NCBI GenBank assembly: GCA_028286605.1
Contig: JAQBRE010000002.1
Span: 399,687 to 463,686 of the forward strand
DNA: 64,000 nucleotides
Reading direction: 5' to 3'
From: Parcubacteria group bacterium
Lineage (GTDB): Bacteria; Patescibacteriota; Minisyncoccia; Phycocordibacterales; Phycocordibacteraceae
Made by a program: the position numbers and the translations under genes. Each line of letters begins with the position of its first letter. Positions within the stretch are counted from its first letter, which is position 1. Below the pieces are notes generated by a model. That model was not told the origin of the DNA, did not search any database, and saw nothing but the letters and a program-made list of their open reading frames with translations. Below are positions 36,038-45,346 of this stretch, one piece after another.

Positions 36038-36547
36038 ATGGACCAAAACGAAGCAAAAGCCTACTTTTTGAGCATTTATGACAAGCATGCGGACGAGATA
36101 TTCCGCTTCTGCTTCATGAAGGTGTCAAATAAGGAAAAGGCGGAAGATCTGACCCAGGAGGCATTCATGCGCTACTGGCAGTCGCTCCGTACCGGTGAAC
36201 CGGTCCGCAACGACCGTGCCTTCCTCTATACCTTGGCTCGCAACCTTGTTATCGATTGGTACCGTAAGAAGAAGGAATCATCACTCGATGTCATACAGGA
36301 AGCAGGTATCGATTTCGCCGGCGAAGGCCGTGCAGACGTCGAGCAGGCGGCGCAGATGAATGAAGTGATGGCAGTCGTGAATCAGCTCGATGAACCTTCG
36401 CGCGATGTCATCCTTTTGCGCTTCGTAGAAGGATGGTCTCCGCAGCAGATTGCGGAACTGAATCATGAATCTGCGAATGCTGTTTCCGTGCGTCTCAACC
36501 GTGCTATCAAGAAAGTGCAAGAACTCATCCATGCAACTCAACCCTAA
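36038..36547 (+). CDS. ECF-type RNA polymerase sigma factor
   Basis: Region 2 (EDLTQEAFMRYWQS...LYTLARNLVIDWYRKKK) and region 4 (ILLRFVEGWSPQQIAELNHESANAVSVRLNRAIKKV). Confidence 0.8.
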   Translation: MDQNEAKAYFLSIYDKHADEIFRFCFMKVSNKEKAEDLTQEAFMRYWQSLRTGEPVRNDRAFLYTLARNLVIDWYRKKKESSLDVIQEAGIDFAGEGRADVEQAAQMNEVMAVVNQLDEPSRDVILLRFVEGWSPQQIAELNHESANAVSVRLNRAIKKVQELIHATQP

Positions 36548-37574
36548 AACAACAGAAGAACTTAAAATGCTACGGGCAGTGATGCTTGATGAGCGTACTA
36601 AGACGCGTCTGCGGGATGAGCTCAACGCATACGTCGATCTGCACGCTGTGAGCGGACCGCTTCCGGTACGCGTCGCCGTACGCAGCCCCTTTTCATATAT
36701 GTTCTCACGTGCCGGCGCGAGCGTGCTTGCCTTTGCCGTACTGCTTTTGGTTGGCGGAACCGGCGTCAGCTACGCCGCAGAAGGAACGGTACCCGGTAAT
36801 ACGCTGTATCCGGTGAAGGTTGCAGTGATTGAACCCATACAGGGAGCGCTTATAACGACGGCAAAAGGTCAGGCAGCGTGGCATGCGAATCTCGCGAGCC
36901 GTCGCCTGGACGAAGCGACGACACTTGCCGTTGCGAACAAGCTAGACCCAGCCACGCAAGAATATCTGCAGACAAAATTTAATACAGAAGTTGATGCGTC
37001 TAACGCAGATGCGAATGCACTCGCCGCAACAGGTAATGACAGTGCGGCGCTTGATGTACGTTCGGATCTTGAGGCACGCATTACGGCGCATGCAGAGATT
37101 CTTGCGGTGATCACTAATCATATGGATGCGACGGCAAGTTCGACTGCGTCAACGACGTTTGAAAGCACAAAGACGCTGCTCGCAGCGGTGCAGGAACGTC
37201 GTCATCAGGTTACGGAAGCACGTCTTGCGCTTGAGGATTCGACACTCGCAAGCACGACGGTAAGGGTAGCAGTAGCATCGCCGGTAGCAGATTCAGCATC
37301 TACGACCGTCGCGGTCGCGACATTCGCACCGCATCCGATGCGTGCGGCAAAGATCCGCATGCCGGCTAGTGTTCTTGTTGAGCCGACAACCGCCACGCTC
37401 GCCGTTCAGGCAGAGAATGATGCGCAGGACGCTGCACGTACTTCGGAAGTGGCTTCCATACTATTGCAGCACGCAGCTTTGCTGCGTGCCTATGGACCTA
37501 TCGCAACCACCAGTACCTCGACTATGGCGACCACCACGGTGGTAGCCTCCACTACGATAGAAATTCAGAAATAA
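36531..37574 (+). CDS. Putative anti-sigma factor: single-pass membrane protein with a DUF5667-like domain and an Ala/Thr-rich tail
   Basis: Overlaps the sigma gene by 17 nt. TM ASVLAFAVLLLVGGTGVSYAA followed by GNTLYPVKVAVIEPIQGAL...AAWHANLASRRLDEA. The ORF-track start at 36465 is rejected. Confidence 0.55.
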   Translation: MQLNPKTTEELKMLRAVMLDERTKTRLRDELNAYVDLHAVSGPLPVRVAVRSPFSYMFSRAGASVLAFAVLLLVGGTGVSYAAEGTVPGNTLYPVKVAVIEPIQGALITTAKGQAAWHANLASRRLDEATTLAVANKLDPATQEYLQTKFNTEVDASNADANALAATGNDSAALDVRSDLEARITAHAEILAVITNHMDATASSTASTTFESTKTLLAAVQERRHQVTEARLALEDSTLASTTVRVAVASPVADSASTTVAVATFAPHPMRAAKIRMPASVLVEPTTATLAVQAENDAQDAARTSEVASILLQHAALLRAYGPIATTSTSTMATTTVVASTTIEIQK

Positions 37575-37624
37575 TTTATATTTCCTTTATCTGGGCCGTA
37601 TTTTGAATTTGCTACAATGAACCT

Positions 37625-39328
37625 ATGAGGCAGTCTGATGCGTTGCGCATACTCGCAACGGGCGCGAATGTATTCCTGACCGGCGAACCGGGCAGCGGCA
37701 AGACGCATACCGTTAACGCGTATGTGCAGTGGCTGCGTGCTCGAGGTATCGAACCAGCTGTTACTGCATCCACTGGTATCGCTGCAACACATATTCAGGG
37801 CATGACGATCCACTCGTGGAGCGGTATCGGCGTGAAAGAATCGCTGAGCGAAGCGGACCTTGATTTCATCGCGAGCAAGGAACATGTCGCGCGACGCATC
37901 CAGCGTACGAACGTTCTGATAATCGATGAGGTCTCGATGCTTTCCGGCAATGTACTTACTATGGTGGATCAGGTGTGTCGCGAAGTGCGTCGCCGCCCTG
38001 ACGATGCGTTCGGAGGCTTGCAGATCGTTCTAGTTGGCGACTTCTTCCAGCTGCCGCCGATATCTAGAAACAATACCGCTCAGTTCGCCTTCGAATCTCC
38101 TTCATGGGAACGCGCTCGCTTGATCATATGCTATCTTACCGAGCAGCATCGTCAGGAAGATCAGAAATTCCTGAATGTGCTTGGTGCTATACGTGCCCGC
38201 GACTGGGATCAGGGAACCGTCTCGACCATCATGACGCGCGAGACAGACGGTTTCGAGCTGGACGAAGATATTCCTCGCCTCTATACGCACAACGCGGATG
38301 TCGATCGCATCAATGTGGAGAAGCTGACGACGCTCACCGGCAATGCGAAGACGTATCGCATGAGCAGCGAAGGTGCGCCGCCTCTTATAGAAGGACTGAA
38401 GCGTGGCTGTCTTTCGCCTGAAATCCTAACGCTTAAGGAAGGCGCAGTGGTTATGGGAACAAAGAACAATCCGACGAACGGCATGACGAATGGCACGCTC
38501 GCCACCGTCATAGGGTTCGAACGCGGTACCGATTACCCGATGATCGAAACATTCGATGGTCGTGAACTCACTATCGCAGAAGCGGAATGGGCTGTTGAGG
38601 AAGGTGGCCGTGCACGTGCAAAGATTCGCCAGATTCCGCTTCGCCTTGCGTGGGCAATAACCGTGCACAAGAGCCAGGGCATGAGCATGGACGCTGCGGC
38701 GATAGATCTTTCGCGTGCTTTTGAATATGGGCAAGGATATGTTGCGCTTTCGCGCGTACGTTCGCTTGCCGGCCTTCATATCCTTGGCTGGAGTGAAAAC
38801 GCCTTTCAAGTGCATCCGGAAGTGGGAAAGATGGATGATTCGTTCAAAGCGCTTTCGGAAGAGGCTGCAGTGCAGTTCGAACTGCTTGAAGAAGCGGGCG
38901 AGCTTGAATCGCTCACGCGTAACTTCCTTCGCGCCTCGGGCGGCAGCTTTGAGCCTTCATTCGAGAAAGATGTAGACGGAAATGCGGTCGCTGGAAAGAC
39001 AGGACTCGCTAAAGCGGTGAAGCGAAGCACCTATGACGAAACGTATGATCTGATGATCGAAGGGAAGTCGCTGGCAGATATTGCGAAGGAGCGAAACCTT
39101 ACTCTTGGCACCATCTGCGGTCATGCAGAAAAACTTCTGCAGGCAAAGCGAATCGAACGCGACCTTGTTCAGGCGAGCATCTCAGATAAGTTGAACGCGA
39201 GCCTCCCGAAGATCCATCTGGCCTTCGAGAAATTTCCCGGCAAAGAACTCACGCCGATATTCGCTTTTCTTAAGGGTGCATACACTTTCGATGAGCTCAA
39301 GCTCGCGCGGCTGCTTATGGCTGAATAG
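37625..39328 (+). CDS. PIF1/RecD-family ATP-dependent DNA helicase
   Basis: Walker A VFLTGEPGSGKTH, LIIDEVSML (Walker B), LVGDFFQLPPI (PIF1 signature), and the C-terminal AVTVHKSQGMSMD motif. Confidence 0.82.
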   Translation: MRQSDALRILATGANVFLTGEPGSGKTHTVNAYVQWLRARGIEPAVTASTGIAATHIQGMTIHSWSGIGVKESLSEADLDFIASKEHVARRIQRTNVLIIDEVSMLSGNVLTMVDQVCREVRRRPDDAFGGLQIVLVGDFFQLPPISRNNTAQFAFESPSWERARLIICYLTEQHRQEDQKFLNVLGAIRARDWDQGTVSTIMTRETDGFELDEDIPRLYTHNADVDRINVEKLTTLTGNAKTYRMSSEGAPPLIEGLKRGCLSPEILTLKEGAVVMGTKNNPTNGMTNGTLATVIGFERGTDYPMIETFDGRELTIAEAEWAVEEGGRARAKIRQIPLRLAWAITVHKSQGMSMDAAAIDLSRAFEYGQGYVALSRVRSLAGLHILGWSENAFQVHPEVGKMDDSFKALSEEAAVQFELLEEAGELESLTRNFLRASGGSFEPSFEKDVDGNAVAGKTGLAKAVKRSTYDETYDLMIEGKSLADIAKERNLTLGTICGHAEKLLQAKRIERDLVQASISDKLNASLPKIHLAFEKFPGKELTPIFAFLKGAYTFDELKLARLLMAE

Positions 39329-39372
39329 CCTTCATCATTCCTCTACCTCTCTTCCTGTACAGTATCTAGCTT

Positions 39373-39846
39373 ATGAAAACCGTAGGAATGTTTATCCTCG
39401 GGCTCCTCGTCGTGGGAGCTCTCGCCTTTTGGGTCCGCATGGAAGTGGGCTTCCCGAGCGCGCCTGTACTCTCGGTGGCAGCACTCGTGGGAACATCTAC
39501 GTCTGCAGCTACGCTAACCGCAAGTGCAGCGAATGCGGTGAACACCACGAAGGGTACGGCGGCAACCGATGGTGATTACGAAGACCTCACCGGCACCATC
39601 CTGCTTGATACGACTGGCGGAACATCTGTGCCATTCATTCAATATATCGGTACGAATAACAAGATAGCGACGAAACAATTGGTATACGCAGATAGCCGCG
39701 CATGCGCGGTTAATGCCGGCGATCTTCCTTGCGTTGACGTGAATCCGAACGATGCGTATCCGCAATATCCAACGGGCACGCGGGTCCGTGTTCGCGGTTT
39801 GCACACAGCAGACCGTATCCTGGTGTATGAAATTGACCCGCTCTAG
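39373..39846 (+). CDS. Secreted hypothetical protein
   Basis: N-terminal signal/TM MKTVGMFILGLLVVGALAFWV. No recognisable domain. Confidence 0.5.
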   Translation: MKTVGMFILGLLVVGALAFWVRMEVGFPSAPVLSVAALVGTSTSAATLTASAANAVNTTKGTAATDGDYEDLTGTILLDTTGGTSVPFIQYIGTNNKIATKQLVYADSRACAVNAGDLPCVDVNPNDAYPQYPTGTRVRVRGLHTADRILVYEIDPL

Positions 39847-39878
39847 GTGCTTGGGCTTAGGGTAGCTATACTGTCTCT

Positions 39879-40460
39879 ATGACCCGTTTTGGCTGGCTGG
39901 TATTCATAATCGTTCTGCTCGTAATCGCGGGCATTATCGGCGGCTGGTATCTCATCATGCGGTATCATCCGCCCGTAGCTGCTGTTCCATCAAGCACCGT
40001 TAGTACCAGCACGCAGCCAGATCTTTCCTCCTCTTCTATCTATACGAATGGCGTTTACGGGTTCTCCCTCGTGTATCCAGCAGCAGATACTGTGGCACAA
40101 ACCTTCGCTCCGTGGCGCGAAGGTGCTATCGCTACCGGCACGCCACTCGTTGCGCTCGTCGATATTGACGGTTCAGTACGCGTCGGCGCCAGCACGAGCA
40201 CTAAAGAAGTGAAGGCGTGCACGAAAGTCGGTCCTGCAGAAAGCACGCTTGCAGATATGAACTTGGGCAGTACTACCTTCAAAGCATTTACTCGCGACGA
40301 CATGGGTACCGACAATCAGCAGCGCATCACGAGCTATCGCAGCGTGCATGACGGCGCATGCGTAGCAATCGAATCATTCCAGACGCTTCAAGGCGGAGCG
40401 GTCGCGAGCAGCACGAGCATTACGAATATCGTTCACAGCTTTTCGTTCGCTCGCCCTTAG
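39879..40460 (+). CDS. Membrane-anchored hypothetical protein
   Basis: N-terminal TM FGWLVFIIVLLVIAGIIGGWYLIM. No recognisable domain. Confidence 0.5.
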   Translation: MTRFGWLVFIIVLLVIAGIIGGWYLIMRYHPPVAAVPSSTVSTSTQPDLSSSSIYTNGVYGFSLVYPAADTVAQTFAPWREGAIATGTPLVALVDIDGSVRVGASTSTKEVKACTKVGPAESTLADMNLGSTTFKAFTRDDMGTDNQQRITSYRSVHDGACVAIESFQTLQGGAVASSTSITNIVHSFSFARP

Positions 40461-40462
40461 CT

Positions 40463-40960
40463 ATGAAACCCCGCAATCCTATCTTCATGCGCAATCTGAT
40501 CTTCGGTATCGAAGACAGTCTCGTGTCGACGGTAGGATTGCTCGCCGGCCTCGCAACGCAGGCTGCATCAGTACACCAGCTTCTTGCAACGGGAACGATA
40601 TACGTATTCGTCGAAGGATTCTCGATGTCGGTGGGCAGCTATCTATCTGAAGAATCAGCGGAGGAGTATGTCGCAGGTTCGAATGTATCTAACCGCATCG
40701 CAATAACTGGTGCCGGCGTGATGTTCGTTACATTCATCATTGCAGGATTCGTGCCGATACTTCCGTATCTTATCTTCACGAATGGCGCTGCGCTCGGCGG
40801 CTCTATCTTCGTGTCAGTCGGATTGCTTGCGATACTCGGGTTCGTACAGGCACAGTTCTCGAAAGTGAGTCCCTGGTCTCGTGCACTACGCGCTGCCATC
40901 TTCGGCGGTCTGGCTATCGGCGTGGGAGTGCTCGTTGGAAAATTATTCGGCGTCTCATAG
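40463..40960 (+). CDS. VIT1/CCC1-family (DUF125) membrane protein; putative Fe/Mn transporter
   Basis: GIEDSLVSTVGLLAGLA (the GxxDGLVS signature) and a C-terminal TM bundle. The ORF-track start at 40358 lies inside the previous gene and is rejected. Confidence 0.7.
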   Translation: MKPRNPIFMRNLIFGIEDSLVSTVGLLAGLATQAASVHQLLATGTIYVFVEGFSMSVGSYLSEESAEEYVAGSNVSNRIAITGAGVMFVTFIIAGFVPILPYLIFTNGAALGGSIFVSVGLLAILGFVQAQFSKVSPWSRALRAAIFGGLAIGVGVLVGKLFGVS

Positions 40961-40972
40961 TAGAATATTTTT

Positions 40973-41311
40973 ATGAAACTCTTCATTCACTGGATCATCT
41001 CCGCAATCGCGATCATCATCGCGGCATACCTTATTCCTGGCGTGCACGTTACTATTCTTTCCGCGTTGGTATTGGCTATCGTGCTCGGCATCATTAACAT
41101 TTTCTTCAAGCCGATCATCAGCCTCATTACGCTTCCGATAAACATTCTCACACTGGGAATCTTCTCGCTCGTGGTGAACGCGCTGCTTATCATGCTCGCA
41201 GGCGTTATCGTGCCGAACTTTACGGTGGATGGCTTCTGGCCGGCATTCTTCTTCGCGATAGTGCTCGCGCTCGTCAGTGCTGTCTTTCACGCGATGGGGA
41301 AGAAGGATTAA
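40973..41311 (+). CDS. Holin-like 4-TM membrane protein (phage_holin_4 / DUF360 superfamily)
   Basis: 112 aa with four hydrophobic helices (WIISAIAIIIAAYLIPGV...ILSALVLAIVLGIINIFFKP...). Typical of the YvlD/holin-IV family. Confidence 0.6.
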   Translation: MKLFIHWIISAIAIIIAAYLIPGVHVTILSALVLAIVLGIINIFFKPIISLITLPINILTLGIFSLVVNALLIMLAGVIVPNFTVDGFWPAFFFAIVLALVSAVFHAMGKKD

Positions 41312-41320
41312 CTCGTTTAG

Positions 41321-41362
41321 AAAACTCAAAAGACAGGCGGCCTGTGGCCGCCTGTCTTTTGT
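41321..41362 (+). terminator. Rho-independent terminator
   Basis: aaagacaggcggcc-tgt-ggccgcctgtctttt is a perfect 14-bp stem plus a U-tract. Confidence 0.75.
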
Positions 41363-41438
41363 TTTGCAGGGTGGTATAGTCTGGCCGGAATGCATTGAAC
41401 GATTCCATCATGGAGTCGGTTGAAATTGAGGGAATGTC

Positions 41439-42470
41439 ATGACTGTTGATGAAACGGACTTCGCTGTCCAGCTCGAGACTGCGCTTGAAACTCAGAACAA
41501 GCTCGTTGCGCTTATCGGCACTTATCTTAAACCTATCGGAACAGGCAAGGTTCGGTACCTTTTCGATCTCCCACAGCATCCTGACCTTATGGCTGTCTTC
41601 GTAAGTGACAACTGGAGCGCCCGCGATTTCGTCTTCGGCTTCGTTATTCCTGAAAAGGGTAAGTATCTGAACATTGCGACTATCGCGATGAAGCGCTATC
41701 TCCGCAACAAGGAAATCGAAACCGATTTAGTCGCATACGCGCGCTACATCGACGAATATCTTCCGCCCGGGCTCCGGGGTAACCGCGAACTCTGGAACAG
41801 GATGACGATCGTACGTAAGTGCGAAATGATTCCGGTAGAGGTCGTTCTGCGCAACAATCTTTTCGGGAGCGCCTGGAAGGATTACAACAACCCCAAGCTG
41901 GGTCGCGTAGTGTGCGGTCAGTTGCTTAGCGAAGGACTACCTCTTTTCGCTGAGCTTTCACCACCTTTCCAGTCGCCAACGACAAAGGCGAAGACGGGTC
42001 ACGATCTGGCCATGACCAAGCAGGCTGTTGACGAAGAATATCCTGGACTTCTTTCCGAGGGTGTTTATATTCTCGAGTCTCTCAACGAGATTCTTGAAGA
42101 AGATTCACTTGGACGATGTATCGATATCAAGTTCGAGCTTGGGCGAAATCCAGTTACAGGGATATATGTGCTCTGTGACGAAATAAGCCCTGATTCGAGC
42201 AGGCTTTGCCGACTCTCTGACTATCTCGCTCTAGAAAAAGGTGAGGTTCCTGAATTCCTTGATAAGGAATTCGGCCGCGCCTGGGCTGACGCGCTAGGTA
42301 TCGACAAACTCGATCCCGCTTCCGAAACGGACAAGGAACTGGTCCGTTCTTGGAGGCCAGACGAACAGTTCGTTCAAGAGTTCATGCGGCGGTATGCGGT
42401 GGCATTCTGGATTCTGTCGCGCGGACATACGTTGAACGAATATCGAAACTCGATGATGGCGATGAGCTAA
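41439..42470 (+). CDS. SAICAR synthetase (PurC)-family protein; orphan, long form
   Basis: GTGKVRYLFDL, IPVEVVLRNNLFGSAWKDY and CIDIKFELGRNPVTGIYVLCDEISPDSSRLCRL align with the PurC motifs GKAK.VY, VP[VL]E.VVR.Y..GS and VD.KLEFG...GEI.L.DE.SPD.SR.W. No other pur genes are nearby. Confidence 0.7.
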   Translation: MTVDETDFAVQLETALETQNKLVALIGTYLKPIGTGKVRYLFDLPQHPDLMAVFVSDNWSARDFVFGFVIPEKGKYLNIATIAMKRYLRNKEIETDLVAYARYIDEYLPPGLRGNRELWNRMTIVRKCEMIPVEVVLRNNLFGSAWKDYNNPKLGRVVCGQLLSEGLPLFAELSPPFQSPTTKAKTGHDLAMTKQAVDEEYPGLLSEGVYILESLNEILEEDSLGRCIDIKFELGRNPVTGIYVLCDEISPDSSRLCRLSDYLALEKGEVPEFLDKEFGRAWADALGIDKLDPASETDKELVRSWRPDEQFVQEFMRRYAVAFWILSRGHTLNEYRNSMMAMS

Positions 42471-42497
42471 CGATTCTTCAAGGAATTTCTATGACTG

Positions 42498-42531
42498 CAA
42501 GGGCGCGCCGGATGGCGCGCCCTTTTTCTTA
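42498..42531 (+). terminator. Rho-independent terminator after the purC-like gene
   Basis: gggcgcgcc-ggat-ggcgcgccc + tttttctt. Confidence 0.7.
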
Positions 42532-42580
42532 TCCTCCCGTGTACGTATGTATATGCGCATCATCCTTTATACTGAACGTA

Positions 42581-45343
42581 ATGGCACTTGAAGGACCAGC
42601 GCGACCGATAACGTCGCCGGAAGAAGAACTCGCGTACCTGCGTGCGCAGGTACAGGCGAAAGAGCTTGAGCTTTCGGAGTTGCGCGTGGAAAAGCCGCGC
42701 GAGACGGTCGCGCACGAGCGCATCGTGGATCATCGCAGCACGGAAGCTGCGCAGGTACTCGATCCACGCTATCAGATACAGCCGGCAGAGGCAGAAAGCC
42801 TTGCGCTTAACCTTGAACCGCAGAGTGATGACGAAACGATGCAGGAGCTTCGCCGCATTATCGAGACGAAGGGTATCCATAATGCGTTCAGCGTGCTGGA
42901 AAAGCTCAAGAATCCGCACCTTGAGGATGATTTCCACCGATTCCTCGTGCAGTATCTGATTGCGGGTATGCCGATACAAGGCATGAACGAGAAGCAGCCT
43001 GAATGGAAGGGTCTGCACATGACGCTGTATGAGATCTCGCTTCCGGAAGCGAATACTGATGAAGAATCTCGCCGTAAAACGTTGAAAGAGCTTATCTCTT
43101 CGATGGAGCAGTTCTATTCCGGCATGCTCGGCACAGAACATGCCACGACGGGCGAGCCTGCGCACTTCACCCTTGAGCTCGCGGTGCCAGTGAACAAGGC
43201 GCACCTGATGTTCTATGCAGCGATACCGAATTCGAAATGCGACTTGTTCGAGAAGCAGTTGCTCGCCATATTCCCGAATGCGCATATCGCACCGCAGCCG
43301 AACGATTACAACGTCTTCGTTGATGGCGGCGAATCGTTCGGTTCCGTTGCTGCGCTTGGTCGCCCGGCGATGCTCGCGCTCAAGGATTACGGTGATTTCG
43401 ATTATGACCCTATCAACTCGATACTGAATGCCTTCGCGAAGATTGCGCCAGAGAATGAAGGTGCTTCATTTCAGATTACGATCGCGCCGCAAGGGGAGCG
43501 TTTCGTGAAGCACTATCGCAAGGTATTGAATGCGCTTCGCACCGGGCAGGAACGACAGAAGGCATTCAATCTTCCTGAAACCGCATTTGGTGAAGTGGCA
43601 CGTGATATCACGAGCACATTGTTCGGTGGCAGTTCAAGTAAGACGAAGGAGGACGAAGAGAAAGAACGCGCACGCCAGACCGAAGCGAATAAATCTGATA
43701 TCGAGCACGTAGAGCGAAAGCTCGCATCACAGATAGTCGCGACCAATATGCGTCTTGTGGTTTCTTCCAAGGACCCAGGCCGTGCAGAACAGATACTTGG
43801 CGAGCTTGAGTCTGCATTCCATCAGTTCGAGAATCCGACCGGCAACCGTATAGAGTGGCGGCATGTATCGCGCGGCACGCTGCGAACTCTTTTCCATGAC
43901 TTCACCTTCCGTACGTTCGAGAAGGCGACTGAAGTCGCACTTTCTCTCCGTGAACTCACAGCGATATTCCACTTCCCGCCGAACGGCATCGCCTCTTCGC
44001 CGCACCTCAAGCAGTCGAGGTTCACTGCAGCGGCAGCTCCTTTGGAGCTGCCGCACGACGGCATCCAGCTCGGCACCAACGAGTTCCGGGGTCAAAAGAC
44101 TGATGTATTTCTTTCACCTGAAGACCGTCTTCGTCACCTGTATGTGATCGGGCAGACCGGTACCGGTAAGACATCGTTCATGAAAACTCTGATTGATCAG
44201 GATATCAAAGCAGGTAATGGGGTCTGCTTCATCGACCCGCACGGTAACGACATCCTTGATGTGCTGGCAAGCGTTCCTCCGGAACGCTATGAAGACGTCA
44301 TCTACTTCGATCCGGCATACATAGATCGACCATTCGGTCTCAATCTTCTTGAATACGATCCCGCATTCCCTGAACAGAAGACGTTCATCGTGAACGAGCT
44401 GCTCGCTATATTCCGTCGCTTGTATGGCGATGTGCCTGAATCGATGGGTCCTGCCTTCGAGCAGTACTTCCGTAACGCAACATTGCTCGTGATGGAAGAT
44501 CCAGAATCCGGTTCAACGCTTATGGACATCGGCCGCGTGCTTTCGAACAAAGCATTCCGAGACCTGAAGCTTTCTAAGAGCAACAACCCAATCGTGAATC
44601 AGTTCTGGAATGAGATAGCAACGCAGGCAGACGGCGAAGCGTCACTTGCGAACATCGTCCCATATATCACGAACAAGTTCGATGATTTTACTTCGAACGA
44701 TTTCATGCGTCCTATCATTGGTCAGCAGGAATCATCCTTCAAATTCCGCGACATCATGGATAAGCGAAAGATCCTGCTCGTTAATCTTTCGAAAGGACGA
44801 CTCGGTGAACGTAATGCGAACCTGCTCGGGCTCATTATGGTGGGCAAGATATTCATGGCAGCGCTCTCACGTGCAGATGATCCGCGTGGCGTCTTCCCGC
44901 CGTTCTACCTCTATATAGACGAGTTCCAGAACATAACGACCGACTCCATTCCGAGCATCCTTTCAGAGGCTCGTAAATACAAGCTATCTCTTACGATCGC
45001 GCACCAGTTCCTTGCGCAGGTCGATGAGAAGATCCGTGACGCAGTCTTCGGCAACGTCGGCTCCATGAGCGTGTTCCGTGTTGGGCAGGAAGACGGCGAA
45101 GTGTTCGCGAAACAATTCGCACCGACATTCAGCGCGCCCGATTTCATCAACATCGAGAATTACAACGCATACGTGCGTATGCTCGCGCATGGCGTGCCGC
45201 AGAAGCCCTTCAACATTCAGACGCTTCCGCCGCCGCAAGGAAATCCGAATCAGATCGATGACTTGCGCGAACTTTCATACCTCACCTACGGTCGTGACCG
45301 TGCTACAGTTGAAGCATCTATCAGAGCGAGATATCTTTCGTAA
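42581..45343 (+). CDS. Large ATPase of the FtsK/HerA/VirB4/VirD4 (T4SS) superfamily with a ~480-aa N-terminal domain of unknown function
   Basis: C-terminal half: HLYVIGQTGTGKTSFMKTLI (Walker A), CFIDPHGND, ILLVNLSKG, YLYIDEFQN (Walker B) and ARKYKLSLTIAHQFLAQV (the R-K-x-G-x-L-x-TQ arginine-finger box typical of TraD/TrwB/VirB4/HerA). The N-terminal half has no TM helix and no recognisable motif. The ORF-track start at 42350 lies inside purC and is rejected. Confidence 0.75.
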   Translation: MALEGPARPITSPEEELAYLRAQVQAKELELSELRVEKPRETVAHERIVDHRSTEAAQVLDPRYQIQPAEAESLALNLEPQSDDETMQELRRIIETKGIHNAFSVLEKLKNPHLEDDFHRFLVQYLIAGMPIQGMNEKQPEWKGLHMTLYEISLPEANTDEESRRKTLKELISSMEQFYSGMLGTEHATTGEPAHFTLELAVPVNKAHLMFYAAIPNSKCDLFEKQLLAIFPNAHIAPQPNDYNVFVDGGESFGSVAALGRPAMLALKDYGDFDYDPINSILNAFAKIAPENEGASFQITIAPQGERFVKHYRKVLNALRTGQERQKAFNLPETAFGEVARDITSTLFGGSSSKTKEDEEKERARQTEANKSDIEHVERKLASQIVATNMRLVVSSKDPGRAEQILGELESAFHQFENPTGNRIEWRHVSRGTLRTLFHDFTFRTFEKATEVALSLRELTAIFHFPPNGIASSPHLKQSRFTAAAAPLELPHDGIQLGTNEFRGQKTDVFLSPEDRLRHLYVIGQTGTGKTSFMKTLIDQDIKAGNGVCFIDPHGNDILDVLASVPPERYEDVIYFDPAYIDRPFGLNLLEYDPAFPEQKTFIVNELLAIFRRLYGDVPESMGPAFEQYFRNATLLVMEDPESGSTLMDIGRVLSNKAFRDLKLSKSNNPIVNQFWNEIATQADGEASLANIVPYITNKFDDFTSNDFMRPIIGQQESSFKFRDIMDKRKILLVNLSKGRLGERNANLLGLIMVGKIFMAALSRADDPRGVFPPFYLYIDEFQNITTDSIPSILSEARKYKLSLTIAHQFLAQVDEKIRDAVFGNVGSMSVFRVGQEDGEVFAKQFAPTFSAPDFINIENYNAYVRMLAHGVPQKPFNIQTLPPPQGNPNQIDDLRELSYLTYGRDRATVEASIRARYLS

Positions 45344-45346
45344 CTT

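Noticed and set aside
36465-36530. ORF-track start of the anti-sigma gene at 36465
   Set aside because: It lies inside the sigma-factor gene in another frame. The internal Met at 36531 gives a typical 17-nt overlap with the sigma stop.
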